Of a stretch of DNA of 64,000 nt, positions 47,777 through 57,434 are shown in pieces (within the stretch, counting starts at the first letter, position 1; the number at the start of each line of letters is the position of its first letter). The notes below the pieces were generated by a model that had not been told where the DNA came from, did no database searches, and saw only the letters and a list, made by a program, of their open reading frames with translations. The position numbers and the translations under genes are program-made. Source of the stretch: Candidatus Krumholzibacteriota bacterium. Lineage in GTDB: Bacteria; Krumholzibacteriota; Krumholzibacteriia; JAJRXK01. The stretch lies in NCBI GenBank assembly GCA_963764625.1, contig CAVXTH010000006.1, positions 1,085 to 65,084 of the forward strand. The letters run 5' to 3'.

Positions 47777-48455
47777 ATGAAGAAGCTAATGATTCTCGCC
47801 GCGGTTCTTGGCATCCTCGCCATGGCTTCCATGTCGTTTGCCCAGAACATCGGTATCACCTTTGATGAGGCCGGTACGCAGACCACTCTTGATGGCCGTA
47901 CGGGTCTCCTCCCAAACCCGGCCTTGGGGAATCTGCCGTCGGCGTTCGTGTATGTCGATCGCCTACGACATTCCCGAGGTCTTCGGGTACGAGTACATCT
48001 CAGTTCGACGATGGTACCGCAATCGCCGGCAGCTCCCGTCTTCTACCCCACCGCGACCAGTGCCAATTTCGGCGTCGGCGGTGACGTACGTGTGGGTACG
48101 GGTGTGTGCTTCGCGTGCGGGTAGCGCCGAAGCTGGCCCCGGTTGCGACCCAGATCCGTCTGGCCAGCACGTGTTCTCTTTCTTCGCCACTCCCGCCGAT
48201 GGATGTCATCTATACGATCGGCCCCATTCGACGGGAGCAGGATGGGACGGCCCCGCATTACACCGAGTGTGTCAGCAGTCCTACGCCGCTGGACTTCGGT
48301 CTCGCGAACCACTCCCTCAACCTCGGTTGCGCGCCTGATGGTGCCGCGGTCGTCGTTCTGCAGTGGGACGCCCAGAGGACACTCCTGCGCGCTGCAATCC
48401 TGAGATCGTAGGTTCGAAGGAGACGAGCTGGGGTGCTCTGAAGTCCGGCTTCTAA
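47777..48455 (+). pseudogene. paralog of the 9982..10659 secreted protein, disrupted by at least three frameshifts and an in-frame stop; retains terminal ...TSWGALKSGF
   Basis: MKKLMILAAVLGILAMASMSFAQNIGITFDEAGTQTTLDGR matches the 9982 protein. Continuing homology (IAYDIPEVFGYEY / AGSAEAGPG / MDVIYTIGP / ETSWGALKSGF) hops between all three frames. Confidence 0.6.
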
Positions 48456-48831
48456 GCCAGGATTGAACGAATCCTCCTCCTGGAGGATGACAACGCGGCT
48501 CCGAGGACTCGGAGCCGCGTTTCTTCGTGCTCCCCTGAGCCTGAGGACTGTCGCTCGGGCCCGCGGCTTCGTATATTGCCAGCGCCGCATCCGGTCGAGT
48601 CCCAGAGTGTTCCCGGTAGGGCCGAAGACGGGAATTCACTTGACCTCCACGGGAGCGCATGGTACTGGAATTCAGATTCCATGGGGCGCGCGGCTTTCCA
48701 TTCTTGGCGAGGTGGGGTGGTGTGGGTTGTCCGCGGCGTGGAACTCTGGACAATCGAAAGCTCTTATCCAATCGGCCCTGCGTGCGAGTTCGCTGCGCGG
48801 ATGGGCCTGGGATCTTCAGGAGGAGTTAGGT

Positions 48832-49582
48832 ATGAAGAAGACGGCCATCGGCGTTCTGGTTGTGTTGGCGATGGCAGCGGGCTGGATTGCCCCCGCGGCA
48901 GCTACCGACGCGCCTTACAATCCTTGGGGCTGGATGTTCCTGAGTACGGACACGAAAAACTATGTGTGTAGTGGCACCTACGCCGGCAGCGCCACGCTAT
49001 CGATCTATCTCATCATCGAGGCGCCCAACTGGGGTGTCGCCGACAACTACTTCGGCATGGAGGCCGGAGTCGACTATCCGACGGCGCTGTTCAATACGCG
49101 GATGGGAACCGACGAGGCGCCCAATGGGGCCTTCTTTGCCGCATCCTGCGCCGCTGGACACTGCTCGTTCGCCGTGGGGACGCGGCACGCCGGTCCACAC
49201 GAATCCCTGGACCGCGGTGACTCTGGACTTCGTCGGGTTCAGTAACCTCGACAATCTCACCTTCAGTCTGGCGCCGTGGGACATCGGCAGCCCGCGCACC
49301 CTGGGCGGCCCCGGCTGGTCCTACTACGACAACCTCGACCCACCGGTTCTGCCGCTGCAGGCGGGCGATGGCACCGAGGGCCATCCCGGCTGGCAGCAGG
49401 GCTTCGTGGTGTTGAACTACAACCAGGGGACGGCGGCGTCGACGCCTTTCCCGGCCACCGTCTTCCGCGACGATGGCAGTGGGGTGCCCTGGCCGAACGC
49501 TGACGCGGGCGATCCTTGCCTGCGCACCAAGTTGGTTCCCGCGCAGGAGAAGTCCTGGGGCTCGCTGAAGGCGGCCTACTAG
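48832..49582 (+). pseudogene. secreted protein with C-terminal ...EKSWGSLKAAY motif, apparent frameshift near 49180-49215
   Basis: Signal peptide MKKTAIGVLVVLAMAAGWIAPAAA in frame 1 to ~49200. The C-terminal 130 aa, including the motif, are in frame 2 (ORF 48962..49582). Confidence 0.55.
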
Positions 49583-49841
49583 ACCCGGTCGTCGTCGGGC
49601 CGAACGGTCTGAACGCGAGAGAGGAGGGCCCCCTCGGGCTCTCCTTTTCGCATGAGAGGGGGAGGGGGCCTCGGAGGCGCCGAATTGACCCGGCCTTCCC
49701 CGTGCGACTATACTCTCTCAGAAGGCCGCTGGCCGGCCTGTAGGCTCTGGGCTCGCGCTGAGTGAGGAGTGGCTCCCGCGTTGGGTCCGTGTGGCAGTCC
49801 TCCCTCCCCTGAAGAAACCCCCCTGGGACAAGGAACGGCTC

Positions 49842-50864
49842 ATGCCGCGTCACATCCGTTTGCTCCTCTGCCTCACGGCGGTTCTGACCGCTTTCGTGCC
49901 CCCCGCAGCGGCCGCGACAATCGCGGGATGGCAGGTCCTGGAGAGCAGCCCCCAGCGGCTTCACCTGCGCATCGAGCTCCCTGTGGCCACGGTGGAGACG
50001 GTCGACGAGGGGAGCACCCGCTACCTGTCTCTGAGTCTGCCCGGTTTCCTGTCTCTGGCGGAACCGGGACTTCCCTTGCTTCCCCAGCAAGGGGCCTGGA
50101 TCGCAGTGCCCCCCGAAGGTGACGCGAGCCTGCGGGTCACGATCTTGAAGACGGAGCGTCTGCCCGCCGGGCGCCTTCTGCCCTCAGCTACCGCCGAGCC
50201 GCCGCTCCCCGGAGAGCATCCGAATCCCGCGAGCGTGCGCGAAGTCACCGTCGAGGGCCCGGGATACGCCACCTTTCGCTCCGGAAGCGGAAACCTCGCG
50301 ACGCTGGGTCAGCCGGTGTGGTCGCATGGGCAACGCATGGCGCCCCTGCGACTACGTCCGTTCCTGGTGAGCAATCCCGGCGCGCCGGTGGAGCAGGTCA
50401 CCTCCCTGGATCTCGTGGTCGAATTTCCGGCGGCTGGCGGAATTACCGGAGCTGGGGGAGAACTCGATACGGTCACGCTCTCGCGGCTTCTGAACCCCAA
50501 AGTTGCCGCCGGCTGGCATACCGAGAGCCCCCAGACGCGCCTGCGTCGTTCCTCCGCCCTGAAGAGCGCGCAGTTGAAGACATTCCCGAAGGCCGCGGCC
50601 GCCGATCAGATCGTTCCCATGGACCAGTTGACGCTGTTGAGCGACGAATACCGGATTCCGGTGAGCGCCAGTGGTTTGGTCCGCGTTCATCTGGCCGATC
50701 TCTTCGGCACCCTCGGGTTCCCCAGCGGGATCCGGCACGAACAGCTACGACTCTACCAGAAGCGTCCCTCGACTCCGGGCAGCGCCAGCTACCCGACGCC
50801 GCTGAGCGTGGACGTTCCCTTCCATTTCTACGGGAGTCCGGATCCCCAGAGCGAGATCACGTAG
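49842..50864 (+). CDS. secreted protein, possibly the N-terminal pro-region of the downstream C25 peptidase separated by a frameshift/stop
   Basis: Signal peptide MPRHIRLLLCLTAVLTAFVPPAAAA. Ends at TAG 50862-50864. The downstream gene's frame is open back to 50806 and reads ...SSDIIIFDAVPI. Confidence 0.45.
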   Translation: MPRHIRLLLCLTAVLTAFVPPAAAATIAGWQVLESSPQRLHLRIELPVATVETVDEGSTRYLSLSLPGFLSLAEPGLPLLPQQGAWIAVPPEGDASLRVTILKTERLPAGRLLPSATAEPPLPGEHPNPASVREVTVEGPGYATFRSGSGNLATLGQPVWSHGQRMAPLRLRPFLVSNPGAPVEQVTSLDLVVEFPAAGGITGAGGELDTVTLSRLLNPKVAAGWHTESPQTRLRRSSALKSAQLKTFPKAAAADQIVPMDQLTLLSDEYRIPVSASGLVRVHLADLFGTLGFPSGIRHEQLRLYQKRPSTPGSASYPTPLSVDVPFHFYGSPDPQSEIT

Positions 50865-50910
50865 CAGCGACATCATCATCTTCGATGCGGTTCCCATCGA
50901 CCGGGACAAC

Positions 50911-53900
50911 GTGGATCGTCAGTTACAAGGCGAGACCCTTCCCGCCGCCATGAGCGAGAGAGTCGACAACTACAACGCAAGTGACGTGTACTGGTTGGCC
51001 GCGATCGAGCCCAGCCTGGGCGCGTGGGCGCGAATGGATCGCGAGAGTTTCACCGCCGCCACCTCTGCCGCGCGCCAGTACTACGACTACGAGGAGTGGT
51101 TCAGCCAAGATGTCTTCTATCAACCGCATCCGGTCGACGTCGCGGACGCGCAGTACTTTTGGAACGGGCCGCTCACCACGGAGACGAGACTGCCTCTCCG
51201 GCTGCGCCCCATCGATCCGACCTCAGCCCTGATCGTGAGGTGGGTGTTCGCGAGCAGCCTGCACAGCTATAACCCCGATCCAGGGGGGCAGCTCGCCACC
51301 AGCTTCTATCTGGAATACGACGACGGCACCAACCGAACCCTCTTGAAGACCCTCGACATCAATGATGCCAGTGGAGAAAACGACCCCGGAACCTACGGCT
51401 CTCCGACCGCGGTGAGCGATACCCTCGCGGCCGGGTCTTTCAATGCGGGGGCGCTCCGTCTGCGCTTTCACAACGTGAACGAGAGTAGCGCGGTGTTCCA
51501 CTTCTCCCTGGTCGACAGCGTGAGTCTGCGCTACCGGGCGGCGTACGCGGCCGAGTTCAATCGGGCCGTGTTCAACACCGGCGTGGTGTCGCAGGAGGCC
51601 AGCCTCTCGATTCCCGGCTTCGACTCGTCGGAGATCTTTCTCGTGGACACGAGCGATCCGCGCGCGCCGCGTTGGATCGATCTCAGTCCCGAGAATCTGG
51701 TGAGCGGCGGAACCTCGACCACACTCAGTCTGCAAGTTCCGCCGCTTGGGCAGACTCCCCGGTCCTTTGTCGCGGTGGCCTCGGTGGAAATTCCCCGCGT
51801 GGCCCAGGCGGACATCACCCGCAGCTCGACGCCGATTCTCACCTCGAGCGTGGACGACCTTCAGGTCCTGGTGATCGGTCCGCAGCAATTCGAAACCGCG
51901 ATGCAGCCTTGGCTGCAGTGGCGGCGTGATCACGACCGTGACGGTTGGAATTACGCCTACGTCGACGTGCAGAAGATCTTCGACCAGTTCTCCGGCGGAC
52001 TGCGGGCGCCCTCCGCGGTCAAGGAATTCTTGCACTACGCCTATACCATGTGGGATGCGAAGGCCGTTTTGCTGGTGGGTGACGCCAACGAGGACCATCG
52101 CCGCATCACCCGGGTCGGACCTGACTATTCGGGAACGGAGGATTTCGTTCCCTGCCCGATCCATCTTCAGTACTTCAGCGACTTCGAAGCGGCGGCTTCG
52201 GACAAGTGGTATGTGCTGTTCGACATCAACGACAATCAGTATCCCAACTACCTCAACAAGGGCCCTGACATGCTCTTCGGCCGCCTGCCGGTTCATGATG
52301 CGGCCGAAGCCGCTTCCGCGGTGGCCAAGATCATCGCTTACGAGCAACCCACCGCGGCCCAAACCTGGCGGAAACGCGCGATCATGGTGAGTGACGACGC
52401 GTACAGCACGGGCAGTCTCTTGGGGGCTGCGGGCAGCGCGAGGTACTTCTTGAACAGCGCGGAACTGAGATTCCAGTCGGTGCAGGAGCAGATCGCCAAT
52501 CAGGCGAACGGTTTTCTGGACGGTACGGTGGACGGGATCTCTTGGGCTCTGGACGACTACACCTCGCAGATTCGTGGGCCGGATACCTCCTACGATCTCA
52601 GTTATCTCAACTTCGTGGTGCAGCAGGTCGCCACGACCGTCCGCCCTCAGTTTCTGGCGACCCTGGGGCAAGGCGCATTCATGGTCAACTATCAAGGTCA
52701 CGCGGCTTACAACGTCTTGGCGCACGAGAGACTGTTCGAACACCTTCCCGGCAATCCTTCCCCGGTCGGAACGATCGGAAACGACGGCAAGCCGTTCCTG
52801 TTCTTCGGGATGGGCTGCCATCTCTCCGACTTCATTCGTCCGTCCGAACTCTCGGCCAGCGATTCACGAAGCCTCGGTGAGTCGCTGCTACTGCATCCCA
52901 CCGCCGGCGCGATCGGTGTCTACGCCAGCAGCGCGTACGAGTTTCTCTCGCCGAACGTCGCGTTCGGTATCCTCATCGCCAACGAGTTCTTCGGTTCGAC
53001 CCGTAGCGGGCAGGTGTTGGGAGAGAACGATCCACAGTGGATCGTGGGCGACGTATTGGCGCAAGCCGAATGGAATCTCTTCGCGGCGCCGACCTCCCAG
53101 ATTCCGCAGATGATCTCGCAGTACGAGCTGCTCGGAGATCCGCTCTTGCGAGTGGACGCGGCGCCCCCGCGCGTCAGCGTTTCGGGCGACGGTCAACCGA
53201 TCGCCGAAGGCGCGTCGGTCCTTCCCGTCGTCGGCTCGCGTACACTCTCGTTGAGCGTGGGCGCGGTCGACGAGTCCGGAGTGGACCGCATCGAGTTGAG
53301 CGAGATCTCCGACGGGCAATCGACCGATCTGAGTCAGCTTCTGGTACCGCAGAGCGGAGCGGGTCTCGATGCGCGTAATTGGCTATCATTGGCTGACTTA
53401 GCTGTACAGGCGCGAGGTCTCGACGGCGGGGTCAGCTACCAAGTGAAGGTCTACGACCGGGCCTACCCGCAGCTTCGGCCGACCACCTTCAACTTCAAAG
53501 TTCCCTTCGATCTCACGGTGGACATCGATGGCCAGCCCCTTCCCAGCGAAGGGCACGCGATTCCCTCCGGCGCGTCGAGTGTGCTCTCGCTCGACTTCAC
53601 GAGCCCCATCTCGTTAGACGCTTCGGAAATCGAGGTGGAGCTCACCGGTCTCACTCTTCAAGGCAGCATCGACAAGCAGATGCAAGACTCCGATGGAAGA
53701 GAATGGATCGTGAGTTTCGAGGCTTCCGGCTCGAGCGGCACTCAACAAAGCGTCCTCTTGCGACTGGCGGGAAGCGAGACCGAGATTTCACTCGCCGGTT
53801 CTGTGGCTCCGCCGGAGTTGGCGATCAAAGCTCACTTTCCCATTCCGAATCCGGTCGATCCCTCCCAAGGTGGAACGAGGTTCGTGGTGGATCTGACGGC

Positions 53901-54129
53901 TCCCGCCGCCTGGGCTCGTGTGACGATCTACGATCTCAGCGGGAGGCCGGTGAAGAGCGTGAGGGAAGACGCTCCGGGCTCGGAAACCACGATCGTTCTC
54001 CACTGGGACGGACGAGACCGAAGGGGCGACGAGCTCGCCAACGGCACCTATCTCTACCGGATCGAAGTCGCGGGGCAAAATGGTGATGTGCACGGAAGCG
54101 GGGCGGGCCGTATCGTGGTGTTGCACTGA
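50911..54129 (+). CDS. peptidase C25 (gingipain-like cysteine protease) with Ig-like repeats and FlgD-Ig/T9SS-type C-terminal domain
   Basis: AVLLVGDANEDHRRI...GRLPVHDAAEAASAVAKIIAYE matches the C25 N-terminal pattern. Candidate His VNYQGHAAYN and Cys FFGMGCHLSDF. The C-terminus is GTYLYRIEVAGQNGDVHGSGAGRIVVLH. Confidence 0.65.
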   Translation: MDRQLQGETLPAAMSERVDNYNASDVYWLAAIEPSLGAWARMDRESFTAATSAARQYYDYEEWFSQDVFYQPHPVDVADAQYFWNGPLTTETRLPLRLRPIDPTSALIVRWVFASSLHSYNPDPGGQLATSFYLEYDDGTNRTLLKTLDINDASGENDPGTYGSPTAVSDTLAAGSFNAGALRLRFHNVNESSAVFHFSLVDSVSLRYRAAYAAEFNRAVFNTGVVSQEASLSIPGFDSSEIFLVDTSDPRAPRWIDLSPENLVSGGTSTTLSLQVPPLGQTPRSFVAVASVEIPRVAQADITRSSTPILTSSVDDLQVLVIGPQQFETAMQPWLQWRRDHDRDGWNYAYVDVQKIFDQFSGGLRAPSAVKEFLHYAYTMWDAKAVLLVGDANEDHRRITRVGPDYSGTEDFVPCPIHLQYFSDFEAAASDKWYVLFDINDNQYPNYLNKGPDMLFGRLPVHDAAEAASAVAKIIAYEQPTAAQTWRKRAIMVSDDAYSTGSLLGAAGSARYFLNSAELRFQSVQEQIANQANGFLDGTVDGISWALDDYTSQIRGPDTSYDLSYLNFVVQQVATTVRPQFLATLGQGAFMVNYQGHAAYNVLAHERLFEHLPGNPSPVGTIGNDGKPFLFFGMGCHLSDFIRPSELSASDSRSLGESLLLHPTAGAIGVYASSAYEFLSPNVAFGILIANEFFGSTRSGQVLGENDPQWIVGDVLAQAEWNLFAAPTSQIPQMISQYELLGDPLLRVDAAPPRVSVSGDGQPIAEGASVLPVVGSRTLSLSVGAVDESGVDRIELSEISDGQSTDLSQLLVPQSGAGLDARNWLSLADLAVQARGLDGGVSYQVKVYDRAYPQLRPTTFNFKVPFDLTVDIDGQPLPSEGHAIPSGASSVLSLDFTSPISLDASEIEVELTGLTLQGSIDKQMQDSDGREWIVSFEASGSSGTQQSVLLRLAGSETEISLAGSVAPPELAIKAHFPIPNPVDPSQGGTRFVVDLTAPAAWARVTIYDLSGRPVKSVREDAPGSETTIVLHWDGRDRRGDELANGTYLYRIEVAGQNGDVHGSGAGRIVVLH

Positions 54130-54241
54130 GGCCCTCACGCCACCGTCCAAGACCCCTCAGGGACGATCTCCCGGATTGCCGGAGGTGATTCCGCTGAAGA
54201 ATCCGCCCGATGATACCTCGCTGTTTTCGGCTCTGCGATCG

Positions 54242-55147
54242 TTGACCACCGAGGCCAGAAATCCCCGCACCATGGGGATCGATCTGGCGAGCACCGAGGA
54301 AGTGCTCTCCCTCATCCACCAGGAAGATCGTGGTGTCGCGGACTGCGTGCGCCAGGTCATCCCCGAATTGGCCAAGATCGTCGAGAGAGTCAGCGCGGCC
54401 TTCACCGCCGCCGGAAGCCTCTACTACGCCGGCGCCGGCACCTCCGGACGACTTGGCGTTCTGGACGCCGCCGAATGTCCTCCGACTTTCGGCACACCGC
54501 CAGAACTGGTGGTCGGGCTCATCGCCGGTGGCCACGAGACCCTGGTTCGCAGCCGGGAAGGGGTCGAGGACCAACCCATCGAGGGCGCCCACGCGGTCGA
54601 CGAGCACGAGCTGGGACCCCACGACGTACTCGTGGGAATCTCGGCCAGCCGCCGCACGCCGTTCGTGCACGGGGCACTGAAGAGAGCCAGGGAGAGAGGG
54701 GTGTGGACCGCGTTCTTGGTCTGCAACGCCGTCGCCGGAGAAGTCGAGGACGTCGCGGACCTGGTGGTCGAAATCGTGGTTGGGCCGGAGGCCATCACGG
54801 GCAGCACGAGAATGAAAGCGGCCCTCGCGCAGAAGATGGCGCTCACGATGATCACGACCGCTTCCATGGTTCGAATCGGCAAGGTGTACGAGAACCTCAT
54901 GGTCGATCTCAGGCCGACCAGCAAGAAGCTCATGGAACGGGCCAAGGGAATCGTCATGCATCTAGGTGGAGTCGAGTACGACGAAGCCGCGCGTCTGCTC
55001 CGTCTCACCGACTGGAACGTCAAGCCGGCAGTGATCATGGCGGCGCGTGGTGTCAGCTTCGAGAATGCGCAAGCACGATTGAAGGCGGCAAGCGGCTTCC
55101 TACGCCCGGCTCTCGTTGAGGAACCCACCGAGGAACGGTGGTCATGA
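54242..55147 (+). CDS. murQ: N-acetylmuramic acid 6-phosphate etherase MurQ (SIS domain); start uncertain (TTG 54242, GTG 54185 or ATG 54272)
   Basis: LTTEARNPRTMGIDLASTEEVLSLIHQED aligns with MurQ N-terminus. SIS motifs are present. Stop overlaps the next start (ATGA). Confidence 0.8.
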   Translation: MTTEARNPRTMGIDLASTEEVLSLIHQEDRGVADCVRQVIPELAKIVERVSAAFTAAGSLYYAGAGTSGRLGVLDAAECPPTFGTPPELVVGLIAGGHETLVRSREGVEDQPIEGAHAVDEHELGPHDVLVGISASRRTPFVHGALKRARERGVWTAFLVCNAVAGEVEDVADLVVEIVVGPEAITGSTRMKAALAQKMALTMITTASMVRIGKVYENLMVDLRPTSKKLMERAKGIVMHLGGVEYDEAARLLRLTDWNVKPAVIMAARGVSFENAQARLKAASGFLRPALVEEPTEERWS

Positions 55148-56208
55148 AGCGCGTACTCTTGCTCGGACTGCTGGCTCTGCTGGCGGCCTGCGGATCGAAG
55201 GAGGCAAAGGAGGAGGAGCAAACTCCTCGCACTCTGCCGGTGGAGAAACCGTTTCTGACGCTCTCGGTCCTGAGCGATTCTTCGACCGTGGCTCGGGCGG
55301 GCCGCGCCTGGTCCGAGCGTGAGGGAGTGGACTTGAAGCTCCTGCCCCGTGGCCCTCAGCAAGCGCCTGCCGCCGAGGTGGCCCTGGTCGAACGGCAGGA
55401 TGACGGCGGACGGCCTTGGCTCTTGGCCCCCTACGGACTTTTGGTGCGGCTCGATCTCCTACAGGACGCGGGACAGGCGACGAAGCCTCCCGCTTCGTGG
55501 CAAGCTCTCGCGGTGCTCGTGAGAACCATGGAACGCAAGGGGAGTGGCCTTGGAATTCCCGAGCCGAGCGAGGGCCTGCACCGCCTTTTCCTGCCCCTCT
55601 ACTGGGCCGCGCGCGACGAGGATTCCGGCCCGCCTCCCCGCCTGGACACCCCTGCGGCCGAGGGGGCGCTGGCCTTTCTCGTCGCGCTCTCGCAACAAGC
55701 TCTACGAAGTTCTCCGCGCGAACTCGAGGAGTCGTTTCTCGCGGGTAAGCTGGCATTTCTCAGCTGCGATCTCGCGTGCGCGCGCCGTATCCAGCGCCAG
55801 AGTCCCCAGTTTCGGCTCAAGCTCTGGCCCTGGCCGCCCGAGGAAGCGGGAGGGACAAAGGTAGCACTGGCGCGCACCCGTTCCTGGGAGGTGCCCAAGG
55901 AGTCCCCGCAGCCCCAGCTCGCCAACTCCCTGCTGAAGGAGTTCTACTCTCCACAGCTCGCCGAGGCCATCGGCGATTCCCTGGGCGAATGGACCCCGGC
56001 CGTGGGCAGCGAAGGTGGCGGGGCCTTGGACCTCACGGCCGAAGTGAGACCGCTCGTGCACCCCTGGCCGACAGGGGAGCACGCCCATCTCCTCTCCGAG
56101 GCTCTCGATCGCGCGTGCGACGCCGCTCTTGACCGCCGCCGCAGCCCGAAGGCGGCTCTCGCCGAGGCCGAGGCCGAGTTTGATTCGAAGGCTGACTTGT
56201 CCCGATGA
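55144..56208 (+). CDS. lipoprotein, possibly a solute-binding protein
   Basis: MKRVLLLGLLALLAACGS lipobox. No strong family signature. Confidence 0.45.
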   Translation: MKRVLLLGLLALLAACGSKEAKEEEQTPRTLPVEKPFLTLSVLSDSSTVARAGRAWSEREGVDLKLLPRGPQQAPAAEVALVERQDDGGRPWLLAPYGLLVRLDLLQDAGQATKPPASWQALAVLVRTMERKGSGLGIPEPSEGLHRLFLPLYWAARDEDSGPPPRLDTPAAEGALAFLVALSQQALRSSPRELEESFLAGKLAFLSCDLACARRIQRQSPQFRLKLWPWPPEEAGGTKVALARTRSWEVPKESPQPQLANSLLKEFYSPQLAEAIGDSLGEWTPAVGSEGGGALDLTAEVRPLVHPWPTGEHAHLLSEALDRACDAALDRRRSPKAALAEAEAEFDSKADLSR

Positions 56209-56231
56209 GCGTCTGCGTCTAGCATCTCGAC

Positions 56232-57434
56232 ATGCTTGCCGAGCTTCTCACAGAACGTCTCTCGGCGCGGCCATTGTTCGCCGCGGGACTCATGTCCGGC
56301 ACCAGTTTGGACGGAGTCGACGCGGTCCTCATGCGCCTCGACCCCCCCGAGGATCCGCGCCAGTGGCAGATCATGGCCTCCTGGAGTGGACCGTTCCAAG
56401 AGGTGGCGGCGGAGCGTTTGCGGGCCATCGCGGAAGGGGGGGCCACCGACGCGGGCGAGCTGAGCCGGATTCGCATGGCGGTCGCGCGCGACTACGAACG
56501 CGCCGTGCGAGAGGTGTGCCGCCAAGCGGTTCTCAAGCCCGAGGACCTGGCCTACGTCGCGGCGCATGGAGTCACCCTCTGGCATGCCCCCGCCAAAGGG
56601 GGTGGGCATACCTGGCAAATCCACGCGGGCCCCGCGCTAGCCACCTGGCTCTCCACCGTGGTCATCGACGACTTTCGTACCGCCGACGTGGCGGCGGGCG
56701 GCCACGGCGCGCCCCTGGCGCCGATCGCCGATCTCCGTCTGCGGGTTCATCCCACCGAAGATCGGGTCATCCTCAATTTCGGCGGGGTAGCCAACCTCAC
56801 CGCGCTGCCCGCTGGCGCCACGAGCAGCCATGAAATCTGCTGCGGCGACGTGGGTCCGGCGAATCTCCTGCTCGACGGACTCAAGCGACGTCAGACCGAG
56901 GGGCGCGAACACTTCGATCGTGACGGCAAACTGGGTCTCTCGGGTCACCCCGACCCCAGTCTGGTGCGCGCGATGTTGGAGGAGGGTTGGGCGCGCATGC
57001 CGCTACCTCGTTCCTTCGGGCGGGAGCAATTCGGGACCACCTATCTGGACAGTTTCCTGCATCGCGCGTCGCATCTGAGTCCGGCCGATCAAATGGCCAC
57101 TCTGGTCGCCATGGAAGCCGGCGGGGTGCGGATCTTTCTCGAAGAGCTCTGCGGGGGCTGGAGGCGCGGCCAGCAGACGAGACTCGGGATCTATCTCTGC
57201 GGAGGGGGACGGCACAATCACGCCCTGGTGGACGCGCTCGAGCTGGAGATGCCGTACGCCAAGATCGACGGTATCGAAGCTCTGGGGACGCCGGCCGATT
57301 TCAAGGAAGCCGTGGACTGGACTCTTCTGGGATGGCTGACCCTCAACGCGCAGGGAGCCGGTCTGCCCCATCTTACCGGGGCACAGCGCGATCTCGTCCT
57401 GGGCTCTCTCCACGCACCGACTCTTCTCCGATGA
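56232..57434 (+). CDS. anmK: anhydro-N-acetylmuramic acid kinase
   Basis: GLMSGTSLDGVDAVL N-terminal motif of AnmK. Confidence 0.85.
   Translation: MLAELLTERLSARPLFAAGLMSGTSLDGVDAVLMRLDPPEDPRQWQIMASWSGPFQEVAAERLRAIAEGGATDAGELSRIRMAVARDYERAVREVCRQAVLKPEDLAYVAAHGVTLWHAPAKGGGHTWQIHAGPALATWLSTVVIDDFRTADVAAGGHGAPLAPIADLRLRVHPTEDRVILNFGGVANLTALPAGATSSHEICCGDVGPANLLLDGLKRRQTEGREHFDRDGKLGLSGHPDPSLVRAMLEEGWARMPLPRSFGREQFGTTYLDSFLHRASHLSPADQMATLVAMEAGGVRIFLEELCGGWRRGQQTRLGIYLCGGGRHNHALVDALELEMPYAKIDGIEALGTPADFKEAVDWTLLGWLTLNAQGAGLPHLTGAQRDLVLGSLHAPTLLR

Noticed and set aside
51223-52821. 532-aa minus-strand ORF
   Set aside because: Antisense to the C25 peptidase gene.
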